A stretch of 63,667 bases of DNA, counting the filler, from Rhabdomonas costata (Eukaryota): assembly GCA_019059605.1 (NCBI GenBank). It is 34 parts of 34 records of this genome, joined end to end, with 100 filler letters (N's around TTAATTAATTAA, not from the genome) between each part and the next. Parts side by side here need not be neighbours in the genome. Positions count along the whole stretch, not along the records: positions 37,520 to 39,294 come from JAHMHO010009234.1; positions 39,395 to 41,169 come from JAHMHO010009235.1; positions 41,270 to 43,044 come from JAHMHO010009236.1; positions 43,145 to 44,919 come from JAHMHO010009237.1; positions 45,020 to 46,794 come from JAHMHO010009238.1; positions 46,895 to 48,669 come from JAHMHO010009239.1; positions 48,770 to 50,544 come from JAHMHO010009240.1; positions 50,645 to 52,419 come from JAHMHO010009241.1; 26 more parts are not named here. One strand, 5' to 3'. The notes under the pieces were generated by a model. It was not told the DNA's origin. It was given only the letters and a program-made list of their open reading frames with translations, and made no database searches. A program made the position numbers and the translations under genes. Shown in pieces: positions 37,520-50,900 of the stretch (its first letter is position 1; each line of letters opens with the position of its first letter).

Positions 37520-38628
37520 TTTTGTTGTGCCGCCGAAACCTGCGGGAGGGCGTAAAAGGTGTCTTCAGTGGAATCTGCTTCACCAAAGGCACCAGAGATT
37601 TCTGAAAGACTGCGAGGCATTTCAACCTCCACGGGGAAAGAAGTAGGCCCGGAAGGTCCGGACGGATCTCCGACGGGTTTTGCTGCGCCGAGTGAATCGA
37701 GCGCTTCTGCCAGGGCATTTCTTCTCCTTCTGTGATCTGTGCCCTCCCCAGCTTCTGAGCTGCGACAGGTGGAGCGCAGTCGGAAGCAGACATCAGAGAG
37801 AAGGCTGCCAGTATTTTTGGCAGCCTGCAGCCGTGACCGAACTGCAGAGTGGTCAGACGGGGACTGCCGCACATCCACAATGTTTCGGGCTGGTGAACAC
37901 TCGCTGCAAGTAGGGGAAGCCACCAAGACAGTCGAAGGCTTCACAGACCCGTCTGCGGTCGAATTTGCTGAAAGCGAACGACAGTGAACCCTTGAGGAAG
38001 AGGACGACGCAGAGGAAGCATCGCTGTCCATTGATGACCGGTCAGTTTCACGGAGCGAAAGAGAAACGATGCTCAAGGACATTGCGGTTCGGTTTGATCG
38101 AATCGGTGCGCTGGCAGTTCCCAAGGAGGAATCAGCATTCTTGCCAGTAACCTGGACAGGCTTGCTCCGCACTTGTACGCCCTGCACACGAGCTTTTCCA
38201 GCCAACCTGCGGTGCCTACCTCGGGTTCGGGATTCCGACATGTCCATTCGAATATCCCTGTCAACTGCCTTCACCACCGCTGAGGACGAACGAAGCACAG
38301 CAGAACTGGAGGAAGCCTGCACTCGTGAGGGACTAGCGGGTCTCACCAGAGGCACACCAACCACGCACATCGCATCAAAGCTCAACCCAAGGCCCGGCGA
38401 CGAGTTTGCCGATTTTAAACTCGAAGTTGGCCGCAACTGTGGGGTTCCAGCTGTTCGCCGAACGGCAGTCTCTTCCGGAGACTGTTGCCCCGCATCTGCC
38501 GGCACGGCTGCGGGGCTGGAGGGACATGACACCCGGCTTCGGGAGCGAGCCCCCGGAGACAAAGGAGTCCGTGAAGCCAATGGCGAAGAAGCGCCCGAGC
38601 TCAGTTGAACTCCGATGGAAAAATGAAC
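37520..38628 (-). CDS. Long exon of a Ser/Pro/Arg-rich low-complexity protein
   Basis: About 370 open codons to the contig edge with disordered-type composition. A likely upstream exon lies near 38955-39105. Confidence 0.5.
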
Positions 38629-39570
38629 CTGACATAAAAGGGCAGCATATCCATTAGCCCGCTGACACCCCAAGACTAAAATGCAGCCTTCGAGCTGCAT
38701 ACCTTGAGCCCACCATTACACATACACCATCCAAACCCAGAGAAAGTAAATTCGTCCCAGAGGGTACCAGCGGTCAAAGTAGCTTAATCGCCTGAAAGGC
38801 AGGAAACCACGAACGGGTGTGCGACTCTTGTTGAACCCTAGTCAACCTCGGTCAACCCACGATGTCAGAGGCATGATGCACAAGATACTGACATCCTCAG
38901 CATCTTCTATTCCAAGAAAAGCTGCTCGAACCTCTCTGTGGGCACTAAAATACCTCCGCCTTTTGTGTGAAGGTTTGCTCGAGAAGAAGGTCGTCATCCG
39001 CTGCAGGAACGAGCTCCTCGGCATACAAAGGGATATCAATGCGGCAGTGTCCACCCACCTCCAAAAAGCTGCGGGGGAGACAGAGCTCCCCCCGTAGCCC
39101 AAGGTCAGGCCGCTGCACCACCTGTGGCACACAATGCCCCGATAAATGCTTTCGTGTCTTACTTTGTTTGTTTTTGCCTGCTTGCAAGCTTCTGTATACA
39201 ATCATATCTTCAGGCAAGAGGCAAGTACGCGAGATTCCCACTTTGGCCTCCGCCAGAGCAGCGTCGCTCTCTCCATCTCTCTTCTTGATAACGGNNNNNN
39301 NNNNNNNNNNNNNNNNNNNNNNNNNNNNNNNNNNNNNNTTAATTAATTAANNNNNNNNNNNNNNNNNNNNNNNNNNNNNNNNNNNNNNNNNNNNGGGGGG
39401 TGTTGGACAGTACCAGCGCCGTCAGAGATCCCCACGAGTTTTCTGCATTCTCTACAGAAGGCTTAAAACGGGCCCGAATGGCCGCACTGAGCTGATTTTC
39501 TTGCGGTTAACATGGAAAACATGTATTTATTTCCTGAATTTCATATTTTACTTTCCGTCTTTTATCACAG

Positions 39571-40329
39571 GAACTTTTTGGTGACAGTCTGGACTTTTTG
39601 GACTTCAAAGATTTGCTCATTTGCGAGTCCGTGAGCAAGGTTGTTCAACGATTAATTTTGCACAGGAAGCTGTGGAGGAATCAGTTTGAAAACTTTGTTC
39701 GAAAGGAAAATTGGTGTGAGCAAAGTCTCTTTTCCTTGCTTGGCAGGCGTTTTTCTGGCTTTTTCTGTGGGATTTTCAACATTCACAGGTGTTGGCCGAG
39801 AGTTGATGCTGAGCACACAAACTGGAAAGAGCAGTTGTTCACCTACTATCTGGTTCCCTTGAGTCCTCCCTGTGCTCAGAAGGGCTTTCGAAATTTGACG
39901 AATCTTCCTGTTTCTATCTTGTTTCCTTCTCAGGAGACAAAAGTGAGAAGGTCATTAATACGGAACGTTCTTTCGGCAAAGTTTGTTTGGAGATGCACCG
40001 AGCTGTGGGATCGGCTGCCTGAGGCTTTTAAAATCCACCAAAGCCCAGTCTTCGAGGTGGCAAAGCTGAATGGTGTTCCTGTGGGATGGACAGTCTGGGC
40101 TCTCCTCCATTTATGTTTTGCCATGTTAGTTTTTCTCCCCTTCCGACCTTTTCGGATGTTATGCCTGCAAGAGCAAAAGTGTATTTCTATTGTCGATGTG
40201 GTTTTCATGCTTACATACGCACTCACAGATTCTCCTGCAGCGGCTCCAAAGAGATGGCAGGTCGGAGCCCTTGGGTTTTCTTTATATGTGAAATTAATCG
40301 TGGTGATTGTTTCCAACAAGTTACGATAG
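39571..40329 (+). CDS. F-box domain protein (partial)
   Basis: After a polyY-CAG acceptor: ELFGDSLDFLDFKDLLICESVSKVVQRLILHRKLWRNQF fits the F-box consensus. The downstream part of the ORF may include intron sequence. Confidence 0.5.
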   Translation, partial: ELFGDSLDFLDFKDLLICESVSKVVQRLILHRKLWRNQFENFVRKENWCEQSLFSLLGRRFSGFFCGIFNIHRCWPRVDAEHTNWKEQLFTYYLVPLSPPCAQKGFRNLTNLPVSILFPSQETKVRRSLIRNVLSAKFVWRCTELWDRLPEAFKIHQSPVFEVAKLNGVPVGWTVWALLHLCFAMLVFLPFRPFRMLCLQEQKCISIVDVVFMLTYALTDSPAAAPKRWQVGALGFSLYVKLIVVIVSNKLR

Positions 40330-41741
40330 CTACGCGGACCGGCGGACCGTGACAGTATTGGTGAAGGGACTAACAAAAAGGAGAAAGGAGGAAACTCGTG
40401 GGGCGAGCAGAGCGGTCTCTATTTTCGCACGCAGTAATCAGAACAAAGTGAAGGAGACGTGAGTGGTGGAAAAGAACGGAGACCACACATCACAGAACCT
40501 CGGAAAAAGAACCGCGCAGAAGAAAAAGTTGGGAGGGTGGAAAGGGGGGTCACATTAGTGACAGGGAAGCGCCGGGGACAGCACCGCCTCCTCACCCGCG
40601 AAAGGGGGAGCCCAAACGCCGCCTGCTTGAGTGTACCCGCTGCTGAGCTCAAGAAAAAAGATCCACTTTTTCATTGTCGTCATCATTCACAACTCTCGTT
40701 CAACTCCGAGTTCGCTAGGCTCCGGGGCTCCGGGTGGGCTGGTTTACATGTTTAGGCTACCTGGTGAAAATTCGAGGGTGGTTTGAGTTCGCGCACGAAT
40801 ATGTAAGGACGGGTCTTTTATTATTCTAAATCGGACAGGACTTAACAAGGCTTAAAAACTCACAGAAACTGGGGGCATGGTACGCCCCCTCCAGTGAACT
40901 ATGCAAAAAGCTGGTTGGCGAATATTGATTTGCTTCGCAATCTTTTGTTTCACTCGTCAGACACTCGTCTCATAACAGGGGCAAGGGTTCGGTTTACCAA
41001 GGAGAGAACTGCCAATCTTCATTCGGATGCCTGACACCCGCGCAAGCAAATCTGGATACGGATTTTCGCGATGATTTTCAGTGGCTGGCTTTTTGGCATA
41101 GATTTTTTTTTCTGCCCTCTGCCCACCGCAACCTGCTCCATCCGATCAGAGAGCCCTTGCCCACCCAACNNNNNNNNNNNNNNNNNNNNNNNNNNNNNNN
41201 NNNNNNNNNNNNNTTAATTAATTAANNNNNNNNNNNNNNNNNNNNNNNNNNNNNNNNNNNNNNNNNNNNGGGGGGTGGTTGGGGGGGTCTGCTCTGACCA
41301 ATGTGGATGCCTCATTTACTCCCAGCTCATATATTATTAGCTCATATATTGGCATGTTATGCTTCTGGTTTGGTCTTATTATCCTCAGCCAACTGGCACT
41401 CGACACGCTTGTGTCCGGCTTCCGTAAAAGGCACTGGTCACCGTGTCTGTAGCTGGGTAGGGTATTCCCTGGAAGGTGTGGAGTTCTTACTCGCACACGC
41501 AGCGCTGGTTCCCTAAATAGTGCGCAACGAATATTTCAGCTGGGTTTGAACCCCCGCTCATGTCCAGAAGCGAATCCCCAAGGGTTCACAAGAAATGCTT
41601 TCCCGCCCTTGGTGGGACAATTATTGGTGGGACTTTCCGAAGCTTCAACGTGGCAGTGAGCTAGTATATATGGGGGTGAAGGCCAGGTTTCATTCCAGAG
41701 CGCGAGGAGTCCTCTCGCCAGGGCACCGCCACCCACCCCAC

Positions 41742-42826
41742 CCTTGCAATCTGAAGACCCTTTTCCGCGAAGAACGATACGACCGAAGGGGTGGTCATCG
41801 GGGTACTCGGCCGACGCCCCAGGCCCAGGTTGCCACAGCACCCATTGCCCCACACCCACAGTGTGCGCCGGTCCGCGCTGACCGCTGCCCCATGGAGGCT
41901 ACCAATGGAGGCCACACAGACGGATCCCGAGGGAAGCATGCGATGCAGTACTGTGGGCGAGGTGGGAGCGTTGCTCCACAACGAGCCGTCTTCCCCAACC
42001 GCGATGACGTTGTCCCCACAGGCGTCGACCTGGAAGGCCGAGGGTGGGCGCAAAGGAAAGCGATTCCTTGTGGCCTTTCAAAACCCGAGTAATTAAATTG
42101 ACATCGTCAACTGATCAAGCAGCTTCATGTGTTTTTCGCCGGTGGCCTCCTGCTTTCTGCGATTGGAACAAGTCTACGCTAGACGCGGGAGTGGAGACGG
42201 GGACATTAATAGAGTGAAGGGCGGGGGAGAACTGCTAGAAAACAAGCACGAAAAACTCCCGAAAACGTCCTAAAAACCCAGCAGGACGGGCGTCAGGTAC
42301 TGTTCGGAGTTGGAAAGGAGAAGACAAATACATCATAAAAAAGAGAGCTTCTCGGAGAATCCGCCCACGGGTCGCTCACTATATGGAAGCCGACGGTTTA
42401 GACATTCCCGCGGTTGAAGCTCCTCCGCTCAAGCAAAAGCGGTAGTGACCAATAGGTCTCCTATTCACTCAACCGAACTCACGGAAAATACCCCAAAATA
42501 AAGAAAAGAAGAACAACTGGATAATGCTGGCGCTGAACCTGTGACAGGCGCCCAGGGTCGCCGTCGAACCCAACCTCGCCCACCTGCATGCCCTTGCGTG
42601 AACCCACGGCTCCAATCGTCAGAACTTCCGGGCATTCTCGCCGCATCCCCTGGCTGCTCTCCAGCAAGGCCACCGCGAAGGTCCGCCCGACGGCGCAGTC
42701 CCGGACGGGCCCGGGAAGACCTTGGACCTCTGTGGGAGAGGAAGTGAACTCCGTGTTGGCAGAGCCCCACACCCAAAGCGTCCCGGTGCTTTGTAGGGCG
42801 CAGAACAGCCCATAGTCCGCGCTGAC
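41742..42826 (-). CDS. RCC1/BLIP-II beta-propeller repeat protein, internal exons
   Basis: Phase-0 exons 42584-42826 and 41742-42029: GTLWVWGS..PTEVQGLPGPVRDCAVGRTFAVAL, and SIGSLHGAAVSADRRTLWVWGNGCCGNLGLG. Confidence 0.85.
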
Positions 42827-43199
42827 CTAGCAGGCAATCCCCACATACTGCACAGATAGGGCTCACCTCTCTGGCACACGACAACGAGCAGAGGCACCAT
42901 ACGGTAGCTCACCCCAAAAAGTCAACAGTACAAACGAGGAACGAGCTGCGTTAACGATTTCCCTCGCAATTAGGCTAATCACGAAAGGTGGCGGAAAGCA
43001 CTCAAGTACGTCATAGATCAACGGTTTGTGCTCGAACAAACAACNNNNNNNNNNNNNNNNNNNNNNNNNNNNNNNNNNNNNNNNNNNNTTAATTAATTAA
43101 NNNNNNNNNNNNNNNNNNNNNNNNNNNNNNNNNNNNNNNNNNNNTGTTTTTGTGGGGGATCTGCCGCCTCATGTCTAACCCAATCCCAAAGGGAACGTT

Positions 43200-43868
43200 T
43201 TTCGTGGTCTGGTTTTCACGATGGTGAACGGCGCCAAGCGCGCTCCTCCATTGCAGAAACTTCTGCGACACCTTGATGCTCGCAGCACCCGCAGATACGC
43301 TAAGCGGCAGCAAGCTGGCAGCTGTGCTGACTTGAGCGTGCTGACCTCAGCGGCACCGGTGCCTTACCACCTCACAATTCGCTTTCACCGGTTCTATCAA
43401 TCGCAGAGCAGCTTGCGTCTGAGACTGCGTTCCTCTTGTGCTCCGCCATAGACCACGCACGACCTAGCATTTCATGGACCCAACTGGTACTGGGAGTATT
43501 CCCGACCTTCTGCCCTCGCTTCTCGAGATATGTAGCGCTCTCTGGCAGTCGGTCGACTACATCCCGACGTACACACGAAAGTTTTGGCAGTGTATCGTAA
43601 CGAATTGCCTCAATACCGTGGCCCAGGCACCCTCGGAAAGTTCACTTACCCTGCTTTACCTTGCCTCCAAAGCCCTCTTGGCTACACCCCGTAGGGGAGG
43701 CAAGTCACTCGCTGAGGCAGTTTCCAGCACATTTCGAGCCAGGCTGATTTTGTGGCTTCAGGGGCATTATTAGAATCTGTGAACAACGGTGTCCCAAGAG
43801 CACTCCAAGAAACCTCTCAGACGTGTCAGCAATCATTTGAACGCGCAGCTGCAAAAGGTTGAGAGACT
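43200..43868 (+). mobile_element. Decayed CRE/SLACS-like non-LTR retrotransposon, pre-RT region
   Basis: LPSLLEI..YIPTYTRKFW..LYLASKALLATPRRGGK..RARLILWLQGHY*NL resembles the conserved LPK.VL....RGG..R...W..G segment upstream of RT in CRE-type elements. In-frame stops present. Confidence 0.55.
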
Positions 43869-44399
43869 GGTTGTGCTTTTGGTAATTTGCTTTTAGTATT
43901 TTTTAATAAGACGTAAATGGTTTCTAGTTAAATCAGCCCACACACCCACTCTTTAGAGATGCACAAAAGTATAAAAGAAAACCCAATTTTCCTTTGGAAT
44001 TTGATTTAGTGGTTTCCACGATCTCTATCTCACTAGTGTATTGTAACGGTCATTCAAAAGAAAAAATCAAAGATAACAAGGCTCCATTGAAGAAGAAAAA
44101 TATAGAAACACCAATATTAGCCCACAACAGAGGAGGTTCAGGAGGTTTACACTTAAATAGCACAGCAGGGGTGCGCTTACCTTTTATTGAAATTACAGCG
44201 CCGGTACCATCATACCACCGTTAATCGGAATTCTCTGACACAATGTTGTGATATTCCAAACTTAAGGCTTCATTGTTTTTGCCACTTTCTGCGCGCTGTT
44301 TCTCAGCATGGAGTAAAAAAGGCTCCATAGCCCCCCTTTGTTCGTCCCGGATTTGTTCGTCGCCTTTTGAGGTTGTGCTTTTGGTAATTTTTTGTGAGT

Positions 44400-44919
44400 T
44401 GCCAACTGCTTTCTCGCAGAAAATAAGAACGTGCCATACGATTCGTTACATGGTGGACGTGGAAGCGGTCCTGCACTGTTGCCTGCCGTATTAAGTTCTT
44501 GCTCCATACCTTGCCATCCTCCTCGGTGGTGCTCGAGCTTGATACCATTTGTGAGTAAGGTCTTTAGCAAGGTCTTTCTGCCATAATTGGAGTGGAGCAG
44601 CTACCAGATTCGGTTTGTAAGCTTGCGACCGTTCCCCTGCGACTCGGGGATCTAGGCCTCCGAGCCACAAGTCAGATTCAGTTTGCGGCGCGTCTGGCCA
44701 TCCTTGTTTCAGCGTCCGAACTCTCGCAACAACTGAGGGAGGCACCATGTATCCTCTAACAGCTATTTCTTCCTGCAACGTCACTCTACGAGTAGAACCT
44801 CGGAGCCCCATTAATGCCCCTCTTAAGCCACTGAAAAGGCCCTGCAATTGACTGAGCATCTACACCGAAGCTAGCTTGATGCCGTGGTTCGCCTCGCTAA
44901 ACCACCTTAGCTTGAGCGA
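44400..44919 (-). mobile_element. Decayed non-LTR retrotransposon, post-RT region
   Basis: Frameshifted GGLARR.., QKDLAKDL..APPRRMARY and AGNSAGPLPRPP..GTFL resemble the region between the RT thumb and the zinc knuckle of CRE-type elements. Confidence 0.35.
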
Positions 44920-47900
44920 NNNNNNNNNNNNNNNNNNNNNNNNNNNNNNNNNNNNNNNNNNNNTTAATTAATTAANNNNNNNNNNNNNNNNNNNNNNNNN
45001 NNNNNNNNNNNNNNNNNNNTGGTTGGCCAAAACTACAGTAAATTCGGCGACCAGCTTCCTGTCGCCGTTCCACAGCTCACCGGTGGTACCCCGCCGGTGC
45101 ACCGTGTACCACTCCCTGTCGGTTAGGCTAACAATCCAACCATCAAACAAGTCATTAATCTTCTTCTTAACTCACACTCAAATCTACATCATGGACCAAT
45201 CCCATGTTACAGCGCCGCTTCTTTTCCCATGCAGCGAAGGGTAATCTGACGGCACCCACAACGTACAGCGGTGGACATTTTCATTTGGAAAACACAAGAA
45301 GCAAAAGTGGGAGCACGACCGACTTCGACGGATGGATATCCATTTATGAGTATGTCCACGTATGTGTTATTTCCTCGTATTATTCGGTTGAAGATGCAGA
45401 CGAGTATGTAACCTAGTGCACCGGCAGGATCTATGTATCCATGGTGTTGGCTAATTTGGTGAGCAAACAGGCTTTCGATGGTCTTCTTATTTGCTCGCAG
45501 CGCTGACAGACCTCGCCGTAATTGACCCCAAAAAGACGGCCGCACCGGGACGAGTTCTGAGGGGCCTCCAAGCTCCCCCTTAAGTTCCCCAGTCACACTG
45601 CGAGTCCTTCACCGCCAGTACAACGCTCTCCGCGAGTTCTCTAAGTGTCTCCAGCCGAGGGCCCTCCGTGGCGGCACCGGTAACGGCAGCCACCACGACG
45701 AGCTCATCGTGGCCGTCCCTAACCCGGCAGGCGCACAGCAGAGTTGCTGGGGCATCTCCCGCGGAGAGCAGGAGGTAGCACAGGTCTGTCGTGCCCGTGG
45801 TGGCTAAGGGGTGGCCTCGTGGGAGGGCCGGGGCTTCTGGCGAGAGCAGCACCTCACTGAGGTACCGTGAGGCCCGAAGGTGACTGACGTAGTTCTGCCG
45901 CGAGAGAAGCCACCACCCACCACCAAAACCACCGCCACCCACCCACATAAACACCCACAGAGAGAAAGTTCACTCTCAAAGATGTCCTGACCCCCAGTGC
46001 AAACCATGATTAGGAGAGTACTGCTTAAAAAGGTTCACCTAACTAAGTCCATAGCTACACTTTAATCTTCAAAATTCCATTTTTTTTGTTACATCCAACT
46101 TCCGAAATCCCAAATTTTAGAACCTTATTAATTATCGAAATGTTTTGGATCAGTCAGAAAAGTTCACACTGATCCTAGAATTCAGGTAGAGAGGCAAATC
46201 ACATCCCTTTAAATTAGACCCCTACTCGATAAGAGTACAATTTAAACATCTTACACGCCGTATAGCAGACAATGAGATCGGAATGATCCAGCACAGAATA
46301 ACGCCACTCCCAGAGGACCCGTGAGGCCCAAAGGCTGACGTAATCTTGCATATAAACACATGAGAAAGAAAGGCGGTCAGTCAACTGACTGGTGCTCCGG
46401 CCTGTGAGCGCAAGGAAATAATTTGGCACCACGGCCTCTTTTAATACCCTTAATATCATATTAACCTCCTCTCCCAACGAAGTGTAAGAAACGTATGGGG
46501 TGGGGGCAGGAAACCAGCAGTAAGGAGAGGACGCCACAGTTTGTGGAGCGAGCGAAGATGGCGTGCACTGAGGCCAAAGGTCGCATCAGAATGCACCCCT
46601 GCAGGCCGTCCTACGAAGGGGAAACCCGCACGATGACAGGCTTCGTTTCAAGGCCCTTTATGGCCTTAAGCCGAAAATTCCAAACATAAGAGCACAACCG
46701 GAAGAGTTCTTCTGCTCGCTTGCACAAGCTGTGCGCTTTTGTATAACTGCTGTCTACGGTTACCACTCGGCTTCACTTCCTTCGTCACCCACCTNNNNNN
46801 NNNNNNNNNNNNNNNNNNNNNNNNNNNNNNNNNNNNNNTTAATTAATTAANNNNNNNNNNNNNNNNNNNNNNNNNNNNNNNNNNNNNNNNNNNNGGGGTT
46901 TGGTGAGCCCATCCTCTGGCTTGGGCACCGGGACCCGGTCCAGCAGGAAGCACTCTACGGACAAAGGTCACCTCTGTGGAGGCTTTCAGTGGCGGGTTGG
47001 GTGGGGGGAAGGGGATGGCTATGGTGTGTGTTGGTCGGCCTCGCTGCAAATGTTCAGATGAATGAGGACGCATTTCCCTCTTGGGTGGGGTTGCTCTCGG
47101 TTGATCGGATGGACTCGACGTCTTTCCTACATCCCACTTACGCGGCCGTGCCTTTTCTCTCCCTCCTCCTTTCCTCTGACCCTCCTCCCTCTTAAATCCC
47201 CGTTAACGATTCATTCCCCGTTAACGATCATTTTGGCTCCCGTCTGACGCCACTGCTGGTGCGGGGCAAAACTCCTCGAGGCTGTATCACTACTTACACA
47301 TTTCTTAATTTGTTGCCTTCTTTCTTTTTGGCTGTCGAAGCGTACCTTTGGTACCCTGAAGGAGTCTGTTGTGACTCTTTCTCCACAGACCCGGCCCCCG
47401 TGGGCCCCACGCTGGACCGCGCTCTGCATGGGATTCTGGGCCGCCACAGCAAGGACGTCTCTGCGCTGCGCAAGAGCTCCCGCCCCGTCCCCGTGTCGCC
47501 CTATGTGCTGCACTCCAGGATCTTCCTGCGGCCGCTTCTGCAGGGGGGGCTGTACCCCGAACGCACCCATCGCGGCAGCCGCCACCACATGCAAGCCCCG
47601 GGCTGGCAAAGTGCGTGCGTGCAGTTTTGTGACTGTAAGCGTATTGTGTTTGTGCATGTGCGGGTGGTGCCTGCAAAGGACAGAGGACCCAAGAACGGAT
47701 AGCCCCTGCTGCGGCATGAAAACTATGCGGGGCTGTACTTCAGTCACCGGGCAGCGATGGCAGGCGAGCAGAAGGGAACAATTGTAGTCCCCACCCCTGC
47801 TGCATCTCCGTCGAAGTGTGAAGTGAACGAATCCACACATTTTGGTGTATGGCTGCGTTTGCAGGATTGCTGGGGTGTGGTCAGTGATTGGCCAGCAATC

Positions 47901-50900
47901 CTGCAAGAATCGCACGGCCACGTGGGCGGTTGCAATTCGAAAATACGGCTGTGACACAGCAGAACAGTAACCAGTCTTTATGCTGGGCTTTTCTGAACTT
48001 CTTCTGCATCAGATGCTCTGGGAGTTCCAGATGCCGAGTTCATGGCCTCCAGCCCGCTCTCTGGCCACGACGATCCCTTCATGCGGTCGTACCTTTTGCA
48101 CAAGTCCACCAGCCGAACGTACCAGTCTCAGTACTCGCAGAAGAGGCTTCGGCTGCCCAGCACCTCTGCACCCCTCCACGGCGAGAACAGGGCACTGTGA
48201 CCTCCCTGAGTTGGGCTGGGCTGGCTTGGACTCACTTGTGGTTGCATGCGCATAATCAACATGAGCTTCTGCATGTATGTGAATGTGTGCGCCTGTCCGT
48301 CCATGTGTACGATTATGCTGTGGTTGCTGCGCGAGGCAGAGAGGTCCTCAAGTTTGCTCAGAGTTTGTTTCCGTCCATTCATTGAACTGTGCGCGCGAAG
48401 CGGGCAAATGGGCAGAATAAGATCGCGGTAACCTTTTTTTATCTGGCGAACTCAGAATCAAAGCGACCAATTTTATTGGACAATTAAAATCAGGCTCTCC
48501 GCTCTAAAAGGAGGCACTAAACTAAAATATGGCATAGTTCTGTGCCATGGTTCACCAACGAGCTCGGTTGACGCTGTTTCTGGTGAACATAATCATCAGA
48601 AGAAAGGTATGTCCTCTGTAGTCACCTGCAGCACAGCGGGCTTTCATCTTGGAAAACACAATACACAACNNNNNNNNNNNNNNNNNNNNNNNNNNNNNNN
48701 NNNNNNNNNNNNNTTAATTAATTAANNNNNNNNNNNNNNNNNNNNNNNNNNNNNNNNNNNNNNNNNNNNCACCTCAGTTTCGGCCCCGGGTGTTTTTCTC
48801 GGTTCGAATTTTTTCGCCACTTTTTGTGCTATGTGTTTGTGAATATCAGTGTCCGCTTCAAAACTGTTGAGCGACCAAAAGTCGGCATTCTTTTCGGTTC
48901 GGCGAAATTGACGGACGATGTGAGAAGGGCATGGTATTGCGGGAGAGAGATGAGGGGGGGGGTCGTTAACGGTTTTGGCGTTCGCGAATTTTGGGAATTG
49001 TCGTTTCCGGGCTTTGACAGGCAAATGGGAGAAGACTATTTAAGGTGCGGAGGCCAGTCCGCGGCAGGGTCGGAGCGGGGAGCGGACGGATGGGGAAGGT
49101 CGTTCCATGGGGTGGGTGACGCTCCCTTTTGCAGCTCTAACCGTTTAGTGGTTGCCCCCCCCCCGAAAGAAACCAAGTGGGCCCGTCGGGATGCTCTTTC
49201 CCGGAAATCACATGAACTTGTCCTCGACGATTTTTCACCAGTGCTGCTCTTTTGTCCTTTAGTAACCCTTGAGTGGGTTTAACCATTTGAGTTTGGGTTT
49301 GACGAAACGCAAGAAGGCCCTCGCATTTTTTTTTCAGTTCCTGGGTCGTCCAAAAGCTGCGAGAAACCTGTTTCGTGCTCTTCAAGCGGCAGACGCCGTA
49401 CATCAACACGCAAGCACTGCGTATGGCATTCACCCCCTCTCCCACCCCGCTCCCTCAGTGTGCCGCCAGGCTTGTGTTTCTTGTGTTTCTTTCTCCCGAC
49501 ATGGTCCTAACCAATGTGGGTGAGGTGGAATGGCTTTGTAGCAACCCATCAGTTTTGGTTTTTATGCGGGACTGCTCAAACTCGGCTTTCCGACGCTACA
49601 CTCGGGTGGGAAGGCACTTATCGCGGGTAGGTGCTGTATTGCGGATGCTCATCACCTCCATAAACTCATAAACTGTTATAACTTAATAGATATCGTACCC
49701 GCTCTACAAACGTTTTTCCAGGTGCGTTCGTGGTCTTCAGGGTTCGCGAACAGCAAGGTGAAGGTCAGCGGTTTTAGCTCACACGATGATTCCTGCTCAA
49801 TCTGTTCAATTGGTGTTAGAGACAAAGCGTACTCACTGGTGTTTTTGTCCCTGGGTCAAACCTGAGAAATGCTTTCAGTCCTGGCACAGTCCCGCGTTTC
49901 CTTCATCTTCACCCATTGCTCCCCTCCTTCTCGTTTTTCCATGTCACATACCCCACCCTCTTACAGTGGGACCATTTTCCTTCCACCCTCTGCCAATGAC
50001 GGTTTGAAGTCTCCCCCCTCATTCAACGTGGTATCTCTTTGCGGCTGTGTACATCCTCGCTACTTCTCCCCATGACTCTCCCCCTCTTTCTTCCTTACAT
50101 TTTCTCCTTTGAATAATCCATGGCACCTTGTTTTTGGGGGCATGCCGTGTTTAGAACAGCCATTATCAAGGGCAGTAGCAGTTAACCACGGATTCGGTGT
50201 GTTGTCTTTCACTGGATGGGATGGGTCTCCGCATGTTTGAAGATGCAAGTTGTAGTGCATTCATTCCGCCCCCGCTCTGGCTGCATTTTACCTTTTCTTC
50301 ATCCGAGGAAATGTTCATTCTCGCTTCCAACAGCTCGAGTCCCATCGCGGCGGCAGCGGTGGAGACCGCCCCCATTGGGGTGCGCCTGGAGGCAGCCCTG
50401 CTTGTTGCCGCCGCGGAAAAGAATCTCTTCCCTCCCTCCCGCCGTCGCCCACCAGCCCGGCGATCGCCTCCATTGCTGCTAACTTCCCTCTCCATCGACC
50501 TCCCGTCGGGTTTCAAGTTTACTAATGGGTCCAACCCACACCCCNNNNNNNNNNNNNNNNNNNNNNNNNNNNNNNNNNNNNNNNNNNNTTAATTAATTAA
50601 NNNNNNNNNNNNNNNNNNNNNNNNNNNNNNNNNNNNNNNNNNNNTGTGTTTTGGAAGCAGAAGCAACGTCAGCAAAGATCCTACACAGAGAGACATGACG
50701 CAGACTGAGCCAACTTTAAAAGTCATCAATAGCATCATCTACACACACTCCAGCGGTCAAATGAATGCCACTGACCTTGGGTTGCAAGGCCAGACCCCGT
50801 GTTAAGCTTGCTGCACTCCGGGACGCCAACCCGCGGTGCAGGTAGAAATCCTCTCCCAGCTCCTCTACGGTAGCAGGAGGCTCGGCACTGGGTGGGCGGT

